DNA of 64,000 nt, from the IMG/VR virus record IMGVR_UViG_3300008107_000033, positions 1 through 64,000 of that record. The stretch is one strand, 5' to 3'. This stretch comes from a virus. A model generated the notes under the pieces. It ran no database searches. It was not told the origin of the DNA and saw only the letters and a list, made by a program, of their open reading frames with translations. Both the position numbers and the translations under genes were made by a program. Below, piece after piece: positions 49,683 to 60,900 of this stretch; position 1 is the stretch's first letter; each line of letters begins with the position of its first letter.

Positions 49683-50324
49683 ATGGCCACTAGCTATCCA
49701 GGTGATATAGAACCAGAAAAAAATTTTCCAGTATCTGATGAATTAAAAAGAAGAAATGAATTCTCAAAAAGAGAAGTTGGATTAAATCATCCAGATAATA
49801 GTTCATTTATTAGATTGAATGACGATGGAGACATAGAAATATTTGCGGCTCCCGGTGTAGGCATGATCATAAGCGGGGCTAGTAAAACAATATCACTATT
49901 TGCAGATAAGATTAGATTCTTTTGTTCTGAAAATGGATTAAGATGGAATAATTTTAATTTTAATTATTCAGCTATAGATTATTCCCAACCAACATTGGTC
50001 CAGATAGATCATAAATCAATTCACAATGCACAAAACGATGCTCATCATTATTTAGGTAAGATTAAAGATATAGAAGAATCAGAAAAAGAAAAGATCGTTA
50101 CTATACAAAGTGATTATGGTTTTGTCTCAAAAGAGCCACAAATTAATCAAAACTATAGTTCTCAAATTTCTACAGAAGGCTTATCTGAAGATCAAATTTT
50201 ATTAGTGCAAAATATATTAACTGAGCATACCCCAGAGTATATAGACTATATGGTTAGTTTAATTAAAGATGGTCATACATTTGCTCAGGCAAAAGACAAG
50301 GCGGATGAAATAAAGAATGTCTGA
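49683..50324 (+). CDS. Baseplate spike-associated protein
   Basis: SFIRLNDDGDIEIFA beta-repeat; position. Confidence 0.45.
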   Translation: MATSYPGDIEPEKNFPVSDELKRRNEFSKREVGLNHPDNSSFIRLNDDGDIEIFAAPGVGMIISGASKTISLFADKIRFFCSENGLRWNNFNFNYSAIDYSQPTLVQIDHKSIHNAQNDAHHYLGKIKDIEESEKEKIVTIQSDYGFVSKEPQINQNYSSQISTEGLSEDQILLVQNILTEHTPEYIDYMVSLIKDGHTFAQAKDKADEIKNV

Positions 50325-50697
50325 TTTATACTTTACAATGGATGGCGATATATTAGTTACTGGAAATAAAGATATCGCTATTACTACATCTTCGGCTCAA
50401 GATGATGTACAACAAGTCTATCTTAGGCTTATGACTGAGCCTGGTGATTTTTATATTTATCCTGCCTTAGGAACTGATTTATCTGTACTATATGGCATGC
50501 CACAATCCGAAGAAACTGGAGAAATGGGAAAGAGATTAATAAGGGCTGCCCTAGAAAGAGAAGATGTTTTTAGGGGGAGAAGCATTATTATAGATGCAAT
50601 ACCTACAGGTCCAGACTCAATTAGATTTGATGTTCATATAATATCAGATAAGACAGATCCCATTGTCCTTTCTGTAACACAAAGCCTAGGAGCATAA
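50317..50697 (+). CDS. Baseplate wedge protein, gp25-like
   Basis: DGDI...DIA...QQVYLRLMTEPGD...YP.LGTDL..L.G. Confidence 0.8.
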   Translation: MSDLYFTMDGDILVTGNKDIAITTSSAQDDVQQVYLRLMTEPGDFYIYPALGTDLSVLYGMPQSEETGEMGKRLIRAALEREDVFRGRSIIIDAIPTGPDSIRFDVHIISDKTDPIVLSVTQSLGA

Positions 50698-51867
50698 ATG
50701 CCTATTTATGGAGAAAAAGAAAAATCAGAAATATTAGTTAGTGTATTAAATTCACTAGAACTCAATGCTGGTATTTCTGCTGCCTATCCCGGGTCTATTG
50801 CTAGGGCTTTTGCTGAAGCTTTTAGTGCAGAAATAGCAGATTTATATTCATCTTTAAACTTTAGCCTTAAACAGGGAGCTCTTTCTACTGCAAGTGGAAG
50901 AAATTTAGATTTAATTGGTGAGCTTTATGGAGTTGTGAGAAAGCAAATATCTGACGCCGCTGCTCTTGAAAGACAATCTTTTAACATAGAATTTTTTATA
51001 GAAACTCCATACAGTCAAAATATAACAATTCCTGGTGGAACATATCTCTACACGGATGTAGATAGCTATGCAATTAGACAGTATAGATTTAAATTAAATG
51101 GTGATATTACCATAGTTGCTGGAACGACTAGGGCATATGGTTTGGCAATTCCGGATTTTAATGAAAATACATATGTTGCCCCAACAGGTTCTATAACTAA
51201 ACATAACTTTATAGCACCACCAGGTGTAGTGGCATATTGTAGTAATACAAAAGAAATATATTCAGCAATTAATTCTGAGTCAGATGATAATTTTAGAAGA
51301 AGAATAGTATCATCTATTAAGACAAGATCGGCAGGCACGACAGAGTCTGTTAGGTTTGCTGTTCTTTCAGTCAAAGGCGTAAGAGATGTTAGAATAAGAG
51401 AAAGCGCCTATGGCGTAGGATCTTGTGATGTGATTGTAGTTCCAGAATCTTTGTCTGGAATTAAAAGAATGCCAGACACAATACTGTCTGCCATAGCATC
51501 TGTTAAGCCAGCTGGTGTAAGATTTAATGTTAGAATAGCTGAACAAATACCAGTAGATGTTCAGGTCAGTGTCACTGTAGCTTCTGCAGCAAATGATACA
51601 ATAGAAGCAGGAATAAAGAATCAAGTTGCGCTCTTTATTAAGAGATATTTAAATTCTCTTACAATAGGAGATACTGTTTCAGTTTCTGAAATAGAAAGAC
51701 AAATTAGACTATCTTCCGACTTTGTAAGATATGCTACTATTAATTCTTTAAGTGCAAACGGTGAATCTATACCGGTAAAAGATTTTACTCCTTCAAGTGA
51801 CAAAGTTTACCCAACTGCTGGAAGTGTGAGCGTATTATCTGTTATAATGGGTCAATCAAATTATTAA
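50698..51867 (+). CDS. Baseplate J / gp6-like wedge protein
   Basis: ASGRNLDLIG...GV.R, ESDDNFRRRI, GTTESV..A...V.GV.DV, VKPAGV. Confidence 0.88.
   Translation: MPIYGEKEKSEILVSVLNSLELNAGISAAYPGSIARAFAEAFSAEIADLYSSLNFSLKQGALSTASGRNLDLIGELYGVVRKQISDAAALERQSFNIEFFIETPYSQNITIPGGTYLYTDVDSYAIRQYRFKLNGDITIVAGTTRAYGLAIPDFNENTYVAPTGSITKHNFIAPPGVVAYCSNTKEIYSAINSESDDNFRRRIVSSIKTRSAGTTESVRFAVLSVKGVRDVRIRESAYGVGSCDVIVVPESLSGIKRMPDTILSAIASVKPAGVRFNVRIAEQIPVDVQVSVTVASAANDTIEAGIKNQVALFIKRYLNSLTIGDTVSVSEIERQIRLSSDFVRYATINSLSANGESIPVKDFTPSSDKVYPTAGSVSVLSVIMGQSNY
51840..51848 (+). promoter_or_regulatory. Possible extended -10 promoter (TGTTATAAT) for the phosphoesterase
   Basis: Inside the 3' end of baseplate J, about 45 nt before ATG 51895. 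Confidence 0.35.
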
Positions 51868-51894
51868 CACTGAAAAGCTACAGGTCTTTGATAT

Positions 51895-53154
51895 ATGAAA
51901 AATTTTGTTATAACAAATAAGTATATAGTACGTGCCCCAAACATTGGACAAGCAAAGAATATTGTTTTTGAGGGTACTGGAAACGGTGACTTATTGGGCG
52001 ATTCACTACACGCAATTGAAATAAGTGATGATGAAATTACTGATTTTATTAACGATAAAGACTCAATGTATACCCAGTCTTCTGTCGTTACTGTAGAAGA
52101 TCCTTCCATTTATGAAGATGAAGAATATGATTCCACTGATTCAGTTTCAGCTATATCTGATTCACGAAATGAATTCCTAAGATCAGAGAATAAAAAACTC
52201 GCTAAGAGAGTTGAAACCCTAAAGAATGTTCAGGATGAAGTTGTCAAAGCCGCCTATGCAGCCGCCTATGATGCATTTTCCAGCTTGGAATTTCCAAAGA
52301 CAAAAGCTCCTTCATTTAAAAAGATTAAAGATAAACTTCCAGAAACCGCTGTTGCAGTATTTGCTGACTGGCAGTTAGGTAAAATTACACCGACCTATGA
52401 TTCATCAGTTCTAGAATCTAGAATTGAAGAATATACAGATAAGTTATTAGAGATTACCGAGATTCAAAGAATGGATCATAACGTAAATGATCTTCATGTT
52501 TGGCTTTTAGGTGATATTGTAGAGGGAGAAGAAATTTTTCCAGGCCAAAGCCACCTCATAGATTCGGGTCTATATAGACAAGTAGGAGTTAACGGCCCAA
52601 GAATTTTAAGCAGATTCTTGACTACGGCATTAGAAAACTTTGAACATGTGCACGTAACTGCTGTTATAGGTAATCATGGAGCAGTGGGTGGAAGAGCAAG
52701 AAAGCAGCATGATCCAGAAACAAACATGGACAGACTTCTTTATAAGATTGTTGAGCTCATGTTTTCAAATGAAGACAGAATCACTTTTAATATCCCAGAT
52801 GGCAAGGGTGAAAGAAATTGGTATGCAGTAGATAATATAGGAAGCTATAGTTCTCTACTAATTCATGGCGACCAACTGCCTGCACCAACGTCATACTATG
52901 GTTACTATAAAAAGGTAATGGGATGGAAAGATGGTGCTATTCCAGAGCATTTTGATGATGTATTCATGGGTCACTACCATCAGCAATTTAAGATGACTAT
53001 TGGAAGTACTTTATTAAGAATTTCTGGTTCTCCAGAAAGCAATAATACATACGCTCAAGAATATTTCTCTTCAATGAGCAGACCATGTCAACACCTCATG
53101 TATGTACATCCAGAGAATGGAATTACTTCCGAGTATTCTATTTGGCTAGACTAA
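51895..53154 (+). CDS. Calcineurin-like metallophosphoesterase with a coiled-coil N-terminus
   Basis: ADWQLG, LGDIVEGE, GNHG, HGD, MGHYH. Confidence 0.88.
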   Translation: MKNFVITNKYIVRAPNIGQAKNIVFEGTGNGDLLGDSLHAIEISDDEITDFINDKDSMYTQSSVVTVEDPSIYEDEEYDSTDSVSAISDSRNEFLRSENKKLAKRVETLKNVQDEVVKAAYAAAYDAFSSLEFPKTKAPSFKKIKDKLPETAVAVFADWQLGKITPTYDSSVLESRIEEYTDKLLEITEIQRMDHNVNDLHVWLLGDIVEGEEIFPGQSHLIDSGLYRQVGVNGPRILSRFLTTALENFEHVHVTAVIGNHGAVGGRARKQHDPETNMDRLLYKIVELMFSNEDRITFNIPDGKGERNWYAVDNIGSYSSLLIHGDQLPAPTSYYGYYKKVMGWKDGAIPEHFDDVFMGHYHQQFKMTIGSTLLRISGSPESNNTYAQEYFSSMSRPCQHLMYVHPENGITSEYSIWLD

Positions 53155-53170
53155 TTAAAAAGGATCAGTA

Positions 53171-53542
53171 ATGAAAAATTATCTCTTGGGTCTTCGCAGT
53201 GGAGATTTCAACAAGGTTGGTAATATTTGGACTACTGATCCTATTTATTTATATAATAATAAATTTTATAAAAATTATTCGTATAAGAGATCCCCTACTG
53301 GATTAAATCTAATAGGGGACTATACGTTTGTTGGCACTGAAGTATCCTCTCCATCTTATGCTGGATCACCAAACCCCGCTCATGACACCAATGCTGTATA
53401 CGTAACAAACTACGGTGAAGTCGTATACGAGTCAGCTACACCCGATTTGCTGAGGTTTATAGATACAACATCTAGAATTGATATTGTTTCCTACAAGCAT
53501 GCGTTTACAAATTTAACGCGGAAGCGAAGTACCAACTTTTAA
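53171..53542 (+). CDS. N-terminal part of a roughly 1600-aa baseplate/wedge protein (continues +1 into the 53550 frame)
   Basis: AAGGA SD; ends ACG CGG AAG CGA AGT ACC AAC TTT TAA. Confidence 0.65.
   Translation: MKNYLLGLRSGDFNKVGNIWTTDPIYLYNNKFYKNYSYKRSPTGLNLIGDYTFVGTEVSSPSYAGSPNPAHDTNAVYVTNYGEVVYESATPDLLRFIDTTSRIDIVSYKHAFTNLTRKRSTNF
53519..53522 (+). other. +1 frame-break site 3 (in-frame CGG-A)
   Basis: TTA ACG [C] GGA AGC GAA GTA CCA ACT TTT AAT CTT CAG ATG; the +1 frame opens only after TAA at 53514-53516. Confidence 0.8.
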
Positions 53543-53549
53543 TCTTCAG

Positions 53550-56500
53550 ATGTATGAGTCAGATAATGAATCTGGCCCATGGATGAAGTCAGAAATTACA
53601 ATAGATTCTTCTTCTATATTTTTGACTAATTCAAAAAAATATATAAAAATACAATTAGAAATATTTTCTGAAGCAGAAGATGTAACCGCGTTTGGTTTAT
53701 TATTGTTTATCAACGTATTGATACACGATGTAGATACTCCTGTAATATCAGATTCAGCAAGAAGCATACTTTCTAAATTCCCAACATGGACTTCATTATA
53801 TGAAGACTCGATAGAAGCAGCAACGCCATCCTTCAAGATTGCAGAGTCTGTTGGTGGAAAATTTATTTCTTCTTTAGTTGGAGAATATTTAGATAATTTT
53901 GAATCGGAATTAAATTTACAGGATATTAATTCTTTTATATCAACAGCAGATGAAGACGTTGTTGATTGGATTTATCTCACTTATGCCGTTCCATCCGCAG
54001 CACTTTCTGTGTCCGGCGATTCTATAGAGTTAGCAAGATCTGGTTCTTTAGAAAATTTTTATGAATCAAGAAAAACAGATTATATTTATTATCACAATCT
54101 TATAGATAATCAAATAATTACTTTAAGAAAATTTGATAATTTATCAATAGATGGGACTACATATGATCAAGACCCAATATTATTCTTTAATATATTTGAT
54201 GAATTTGGATCAAGAGTTGGGCTAAAAAGATTATACTTAGAAAATAATTCTAATTACAAAAAGAGAATCTTAGATGTATATCAAAACCCTCCATCAGTAG
54301 ATTTGAATGGGTTAAAATTAACCCTTAGAAGAGAATTAGATATCTGGAGAGCATATGGAGCTACTCCAAATTCAACTTACCTAGGCGCAACTCCTGAAAT
54401 ATTAGAGATATCTGACATTGAATCGTCAACACCATATTTTAACTTTGACGGAAATCCATCAAAAGATTTTAATTCTTTTGTAAGATATATAAACGAAACA
54501 TATCCTTCCAACTTAGGCTATGCAAACTGGGATGAGGGAATTTGGGACTACGCTGGTTTAGCTGGCGAGGGAATGTCACATATTCCATTCATATATGATA
54601 CAGCTACCCCATTAGGGCAATATTTTCAACCTGGATTTGGCGATTTTGAAGACGGCAAACTTCTAATTACATCTGATGATTTTGCAACAGTATCTTTTGA
54701 TGGTTATTTCCAGGCAGATGGATTTAGAATGTCATCAGATAAAGATCATTATAATCCAATAGAAATAGATTTTGAATATTATGGAAGCTATTCACTCAAT
54801 ACTGCTAATCCAGATGTAAGTAATCCGAATTCAGCAACTCCGTATAATGCTGGTGTTTCCGTTGTTTACGAAGTACACATGCCAGCGCATAATCAATATG
54901 CAACTCCATCTGTATTTTACACAAACATGTCTTATCTTGACAGGGATGATTTTTTTGTTAAGAACTATTACCTGCAGTCAAGCGATGCAAGTCCTGAATA
55001 TAACCTAATACAGGTTGTAAACTCAGATGGACTAACAAATGACAATCTTTCTTTTAGAGAAAAAACATATGATTATTTGTATGTAAATGATCAAGCTACA
55101 CCAAATACAAATTCAATTGATATTTCTAAAGCTTCTCAAATTAGAATAGTTGCAAAATCAAAATGGAATGAATCAACAGATTCATATGTTACCAATTCAT
55201 ATGCAGCTTATAGAATTGCTTTCAACGAAGATGGAAGAGGATACTGGGTTAATCCAACAGCCGGTTCATACATTTCTTTGGCAACGCCAAACATAAATTA
55301 TTTAAATTCAAACTTTAAAATAGGATCTACTGTATACGGAACACAAAATATTACAGGAATAACGGACATAATAGAAGGAAGAATGGTCGTTAATTCATTT
55401 AACGATCCATCAATAGTCGATGACGTACTAATAACAAAGAATGAAATAAAAGCACCTTTAATCTTTCCAATTGGTTCAACTCCACAAAATATTTATTTTA
55501 GTAGTAAAAAAATAAATCCAGAACCTCTTTATAATACATTTCAAACTCTTGAACTAAAACCCCCAAAGCATGGTGGTACATCATATAATCATATTGATGA
55601 TGTAGAATATTTTATACCAGCTTCTCCTAATATTGTATTGAATATTTATAACGAACAATTTGATTCTTTAGAAGAAAATATATATTCTCCAGTTTCTTCA
55701 AGCTATTTTGAGACAGCAACAATCAACTATACAACAGGTTCTGAAACACTTATCATAACAAATGGATTAGCATCAACTCCGTACTACCCATTTAAATCTT
55801 CGGTATGGGAGCAACTGCCAGAGCCTTTATCAAGCACACCTATGATATATGGCTACCTAGATAGATATGGGAATGCTTATAAAAATGGTGAAACACTAGA
55901 AGATTCTGGTAGAACAACCAATGCTAGCCAGGTTGATTCTTTTGTATCTAAATATAACTTGTCTAGATTATCTTTTGGTTTAGGCCAAGAGAGTAATGAT
56001 ACCTATGTGATAACTTCAATTGAAGCAGTCAGTTCGAATGAAGACGTAATACTTAGTGTTCCAAATAAACAAGTTAGTTCAAGTGGTTTTGCGCCCAATT
56101 CGGCAGTTAATTTCATAGAAGAAATATACAATGAAGAAACAGGTGAATACGAGTATAGTGAATTAACAGTAAATGCACAAGCTGCAGACTATTATGACAA
56201 TAAAAATATTAGTCTTTTAGATACAAAACAACCAGATATAAATGTTGGTTGGTTAGATTTGCCCAATAATGAATATTACATATATTCAGCACCAATAATC
56301 GAAGCTTATAGTGGACAGTTATTCGAACTTCAGCTAACAAATACACCAAGACAGGGTGCTCCAGTCATAGTTAATTTATATAGTGGAGGGTCAACAATTC
56401 AATATGATGAATTGGTATTTAATGATTCGGCAACTCCTGGTAACGTAACATTTTATAATGAAGAAACAGTAATTGCATCCGATAACTCAGCCGTATATTT

Positions 56501-57977
56501 GGCTTATCCAAGTGTATCCAATATTACACTTAAAGACACATATAGTGGAAACGCATTAGTCGAATCTATTTTAAATCCAGGATTTTATACTTGGACTTCA
56601 GTCGATCAAAATGGGGATTACACATTAAGTGAAGACGAAAATACTGAATATTATATATTTAATTCTGAAGTTGAAAATAAATTTGTAATATTAAATAGCG
56701 AAACTTATGAAAGCGGAGTGGTTTCGGGTAGGGAATATCTTGCAACTTACACTGTCAACAATGCTTATTACATTGATAGAAATTATTATGATTCCACTTT
56801 AGATGATTATTTTGGAAAAATATATTTCTCTTCGACTCCAGGAATTACCTCTTCATATGAAATAATATATGAAACTTCAAAGTATAAATCAAGCACTCCT
56901 TCTGGTCTTTATTTGAATCCACTATATAATCCAATAGATGAGGGATTTGTATTCGTATCTGATTCCGATTATGCTTTTGATACAGCAGGAGTATGGATAT
57001 CGCCGCAAAAGATATTTGATGCTTCTGATGATATCATATATGTATCAATCGTTTCATATGATACTAATGGAAACCCAAAACCTTATCAAACTTTTAGAAT
57101 TTATGGCAGTGAAATAACAGCAGAAAATGAATATCTAACAACAAATCAAAATGGTTTTGCAACTACAAGCTTCAGATATTCCGGTGTAATACCTGCCGTT
57201 AATACTGAAATAGAAATATTTGTTTCTGGCATTTCATACCCATCCGCAAATGCACATGAAAACAGTTCGTCTGGTTCGTTTAGTGATTCATACACAATAG
57301 ACCTCGCATTGAGCAATGCTTATACATATGAATTTAAAGCTGCTCCAGACAAGATGAATATTAAAGCTGATGGAATGGGCGATGTATATATTAAGGGGTA
57401 TGTAAGGCAGGGTAACATTCCACCTTCAAGCACCCCAGCAATATATTGGAGAAAAGCCAGAACTGCCTACGCGTCTTTGGAAGAAATAAATTATTCAACA
57501 AATTCAAGTACACCTGGTAGATATGGAACATCTGGCCTTGTGTATGCAGATGAATACGGAAACTTTAATATTGGTCCATTCTATGCACAGGATAGGACAA
57601 AGCCTGGCTATTGGTTTGTTACCCTGGATACAGAATTAGCTTCCACTCCTTCCGCAACTCCTGTTACTATATATGGTGACATAGTTTATTGGTATGAAAA
57701 TTACGACAATTTACATTATTCAAATGAGATTGTCCCGCTCCCAGAATCCTATACAGCAATACCAGGTTCTGGTTCGGAGATACTTGCTAAGTCTAGTTTT
57801 ACCTATAGACATTATGACATGGAGTTTGATGATCAATCTGCGGCAACTATAAATTGGGTACCACCAAGATGGTTCCCAGTAAGTAGATATGATCAATATC
57901 AAATGGGATTTTTTGGATCAACACCAAATACTATTTCGGAATATCAAGACCTAAATTCAGATTATGAGGATAGCTAA
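53550..57977 (+). CDS. Large baseplate wedge/structural protein, rich in [A/S]TP motifs
   Basis: FDEFGSRVGLKRL..E.N..YKKRI wedge-like motif; acidic and beta-rich; no SD. Confidence 0.6.
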   Translation: MYESDNESGPWMKSEITIDSSSIFLTNSKKYIKIQLEIFSEAEDVTAFGLLLFINVLIHDVDTPVISDSARSILSKFPTWTSLYEDSIEAATPSFKIAESVGGKFISSLVGEYLDNFESELNLQDINSFISTADEDVVDWIYLTYAVPSAALSVSGDSIELARSGSLENFYESRKTDYIYYHNLIDNQIITLRKFDNLSIDGTTYDQDPILFFNIFDEFGSRVGLKRLYLENNSNYKKRILDVYQNPPSVDLNGLKLTLRRELDIWRAYGATPNSTYLGATPEILEISDIESSTPYFNFDGNPSKDFNSFVRYINETYPSNLGYANWDEGIWDYAGLAGEGMSHIPFIYDTATPLGQYFQPGFGDFEDGKLLITSDDFATVSFDGYFQADGFRMSSDKDHYNPIEIDFEYYGSYSLNTANPDVSNPNSATPYNAGVSVVYEVHMPAHNQYATPSVFYTNMSYLDRDDFFVKNYYLQSSDASPEYNLIQVVNSDGLTNDNLSFREKTYDYLYVNDQATPNTNSIDISKASQIRIVAKSKWNESTDSYVTNSYAAYRIAFNEDGRGYWVNPTAGSYISLATPNINYLNSNFKIGSTVYGTQNITGITDIIEGRMVVNSFNDPSIVDDVLITKNEIKAPLIFPIGSTPQNIYFSSKKINPEPLYNTFQTLELKPPKHGGTSYNHIDDVEYFIPASPNIVLNIYNEQFDSLEENIYSPVSSSYFETATINYTTGSETLIITNGLASTPYYPFKSSVWEQLPEPLSSTPMIYGYLDRYGNAYKNGETLEDSGRTTNASQVDSFVSKYNLSRLSFGLGQESNDTYVITSIEAVSSNEDVILSVPNKQVSSSGFAPNSAVNFIEEIYNEETGEYEYSELTVNAQAADYYDNKNISLLDTKQPDINVGWLDLPNNEYYIYSAPIIEAYSGQLFELQLTNTPRQGAPVIVNLYSGGSTIQYDELVFNDSATPGNVTFYNEETVIASDNSAVYLAYPSVSNITLKDTYSGNALVESILNPGFYTWTSVDQNGDYTLSEDENTEYYIFNSEVENKFVILNSETYESGVVSGREYLATYTVNNAYYIDRNYYDSTLDDYFGKIYFSSTPGITSSYEIIYETSKYKSSTPSGLYLNPLYNPIDEGFVFVSDSDYAFDTAGVWISPQKIFDASDDIIYVSIVSYDTNGNPKPYQTFRIYGSEITAENEYLTTNQNGFATTSFRYSGVIPAVNTEIEIFVSGISYPSANAHENSSSGSFSDSYTIDLALSNAYTYEFKAAPDKMNIKADGMGDVYIKGYVRQGNIPPSSTPAIYWRKARTAYASLEEINYSTNSSTPGRYGTSGLVYADEYGNFNIGPFYAQDRTKPGYWFVTLDTELASTPSATPVTIYGDIVYWYENYDNLHYSNEIVPLPESYTAIPGSGSEILAKSSFTYRHYDMEFDDQSAATINWVPPRWFPVSRYDQYQMGFFGSTPNTISEYQDLNSDYEDS

Positions 57978-60900
57978 TGAAGCTATTTAAAAATACAACA
58001 GATAGTCAAAAAGAAAATGCAATAAAGGTTGGATTATCTGTCCCCGATGATGCAGCAAACATTGCGTACTTTGTAAATGAACAATTATCTCCTAAAAATA
58101 ATTTAACTGTAATAGATTTATCAAGTTCTATACCTGAAAATAAAATTTCTTTAGACAGAGGTGTAAAGACTTATTATGCAAACGAGCTTGGAATTTTAGA
58201 GGACCAAAATGGAAATACAATATTTCCAAGTCAAGATGTTTCAATAAGCGATTCTTTTTTATTAAAAGATTATCAAACGGAAATGCTAAAAGTATCTGAA
58301 ATAAATTCAGATGAATTTTTTCATTATTATTATGTTAGTAGATTTTTTGTATCTGCTCCCTCAAACTATAGCACCTATGGTCTGTCTGAATATATACCAC
58401 AATCTTTTTATGGATATTTAAATATAAAAGTTTTGAATTCGCAAAATCAAGATCATATAGATATAAATACTGGTAGAAAAAAATATAAAATACTACTTGA
58501 TCCGTTTATAACAGAAAATAATTATCAAGATACAGAAATTCCATATAGGATAATTATAGGATTAGATTCTTCTGACCCCATTAATCTTAAGTTAGTTTAT
58601 GACAAAATTGAATGCGATTCAAATGGAAAAGCAACTTCACAATACCTGAGGTACTCAGAGTCAATTAATGCTATTGAGTATTTTAAGATTATTCCAGAAG
58701 AAAGTTTTGTTATAGATAATAATTATGATAAAAAAGTATTTTCTGTAAAAAAGTTTAATAAAAAATATTCAGATATATTTAATGTAAATATTAATTCAAC
58801 TGGATATCAAGTTTTTGTTCCAAAAAGAGCAATATCTGATAATAGAACTTATGAAGTTTTTAACTGGAGATTAATAGCAAGATCAAAACAATCAGTTAAC
58901 TTAGAGTTAATTGATTATTTCTCTGACCTAGAAACAACTACTGGGATAAAACAAAAGACAGTAAATGTTGGAGTCTTATATGACTCATTAGACACTCAAT
59001 CATTGGAGATTATTAAGCCATATGTATTTTATAGACTTGAAAAATCTCCGTTTAATTTCTCTAAGTTTCAATTTAAAAATCCAATAAGTGAAGCTGATAA
59101 TAATTTAGATAAAACTAAAGCAAATTATTGGATGATTGATCTTCAATCAATTGATTCATTAGAAGATTTTGATATATTAACATTTTGCCCAACAACGAAA
59201 CTCTCAGAAAAAGCTAATATTTTAATAAATAATTATGTAAAGATACATAATGGAACACTACTTGTTGATGGTTCACTCTATCCAGCAGAAGAACCATTTC
59301 TGAGTGCAGAAATAAGCATAAATGCATTTAATGCAACAGTAGTTCCAACATACTATGGGTATCAAACGTCATCAAAAATTCTTGATGAAACAAAAAATGG
59401 TGGATGGAATATAGATTCCAGCATATTTGAAAACGAAGACTATGGAATCTTTGGCCTCAAAAAAAGTGCGTATAGAACAATGTCTGGAGTTAATTCCTCT
59501 AAGAGCTTTTTAAATATAGGTATGAGTTCATCTTCAAATAGTTCTGTTGGAGCACTTTTTGAATATCCAAATGTTGGTGATGCAGTTGCGCAAGGAAATA
59601 TAATATTTACTTCTTTTTCATTTTTAGAATACTGCAATTCTGTATACAGTATTGCTGCAAGGTCAACTGTTCTTAATGTTAATAATCAAGATTCTGTTTT
59701 TGAAGAAAACGATACCAGTTTAATTTCTGCAGTTGTAGAAGGTCCCTTTAAGTTATTCTACAATTCTGTTTCCTATGCTTTATATTCTAGGTCTTACGCG
59801 TCAAGGGTTATAGATACAAGATCTTCTTTATTCAATTTTGTTGGAGAGTGGAATTCATCTTGGGTTATGGATCAAAATGCACTTCTCGCTGAAGAAAAAG
59901 AACAGCTATTTGTGAATATTACAGTTGGAGCAAATGAAACTAGGTATGCAAAAAATATAATTCCATCCACTCTTAATGTGGGTGGATACTATCTGCGCAG
60001 TTTAACTGAAGCACTTCCGACTTATCAAAGAGATAAGATTTCTTTTATAGATTTAGATTCTGTAGATTTTTTTATAGAAGTAACAAATCCAGATGTCACA
60101 ATAGCAAATTCAACTATCGTTGCTTCTCCTATAGAAGAAAATATAGCAAGTTCTTATACTTTATATAAAGTCTCATCTTTGAATGATTTTGTTTATGCAT
60201 ATACAGAAACAATATCTCCAACAATAAATATACCAGACGGATTTGGTCCGTATGTTGTAAAGGAGATTCCAAGTCTAAGAAGTTCAAATTCAAAATTACT
60301 TAATAACAATATTGATCCAACAAACTATTTTGTTGCGTATCCATTTGAATTAGAAACAGCATATTCTTATCAAACTGCAACAGATAAACCTCTTGGTTTT
60401 AGTGGGACGTATTCGTCAGATATAAGAATACACTATCAGGGCCAGGGCCAATTGCAATTGAAAAGAGCAGTTGGAACCGTAATTAGAAATTATACTGTTA
60501 TACAAAGAGGGGAACCAACATTAATTGATGCTGGCGGCACAATACCTGGCCAAGCTCAAAACGATGTCCCCTGCATAAATCTTACTTCTGGAAGAGATTC
60601 TGTTTTTGCTGCTTCAGATCTTGTTTGGAGAAATTTTGATTATACATGGGATATAGATAATGGTAATGTACCTAGCACTTGGGTAGTTGGTACAACAGGT
60701 GAATATGTAAAATATATTAAGTCAATGTTGAAGGCTGGAGGATTTTACGGAGGTGCAATAAATACTAACTATGACCAAGCAGCCTCTACGGCGGTCACTG
60801 CATTTCAAAATAGAATGAAAACAACTGGAATAAAATTTGATGGAATTGTTGACGGAAAAGTGGACAGTCAAACAAAGTCTTTATTTGTTAGTGCTATTTC

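Noticed and set aside
19838-51867. Bacterial eCIS/tailocin locus or prophage
   Set aside because: Neck genes, giant virion proteins, phage-type accessory genes and the absence of host housekeeping genes or an integrase fit a large phage better; capsid genes are not in this window, so this is inference.
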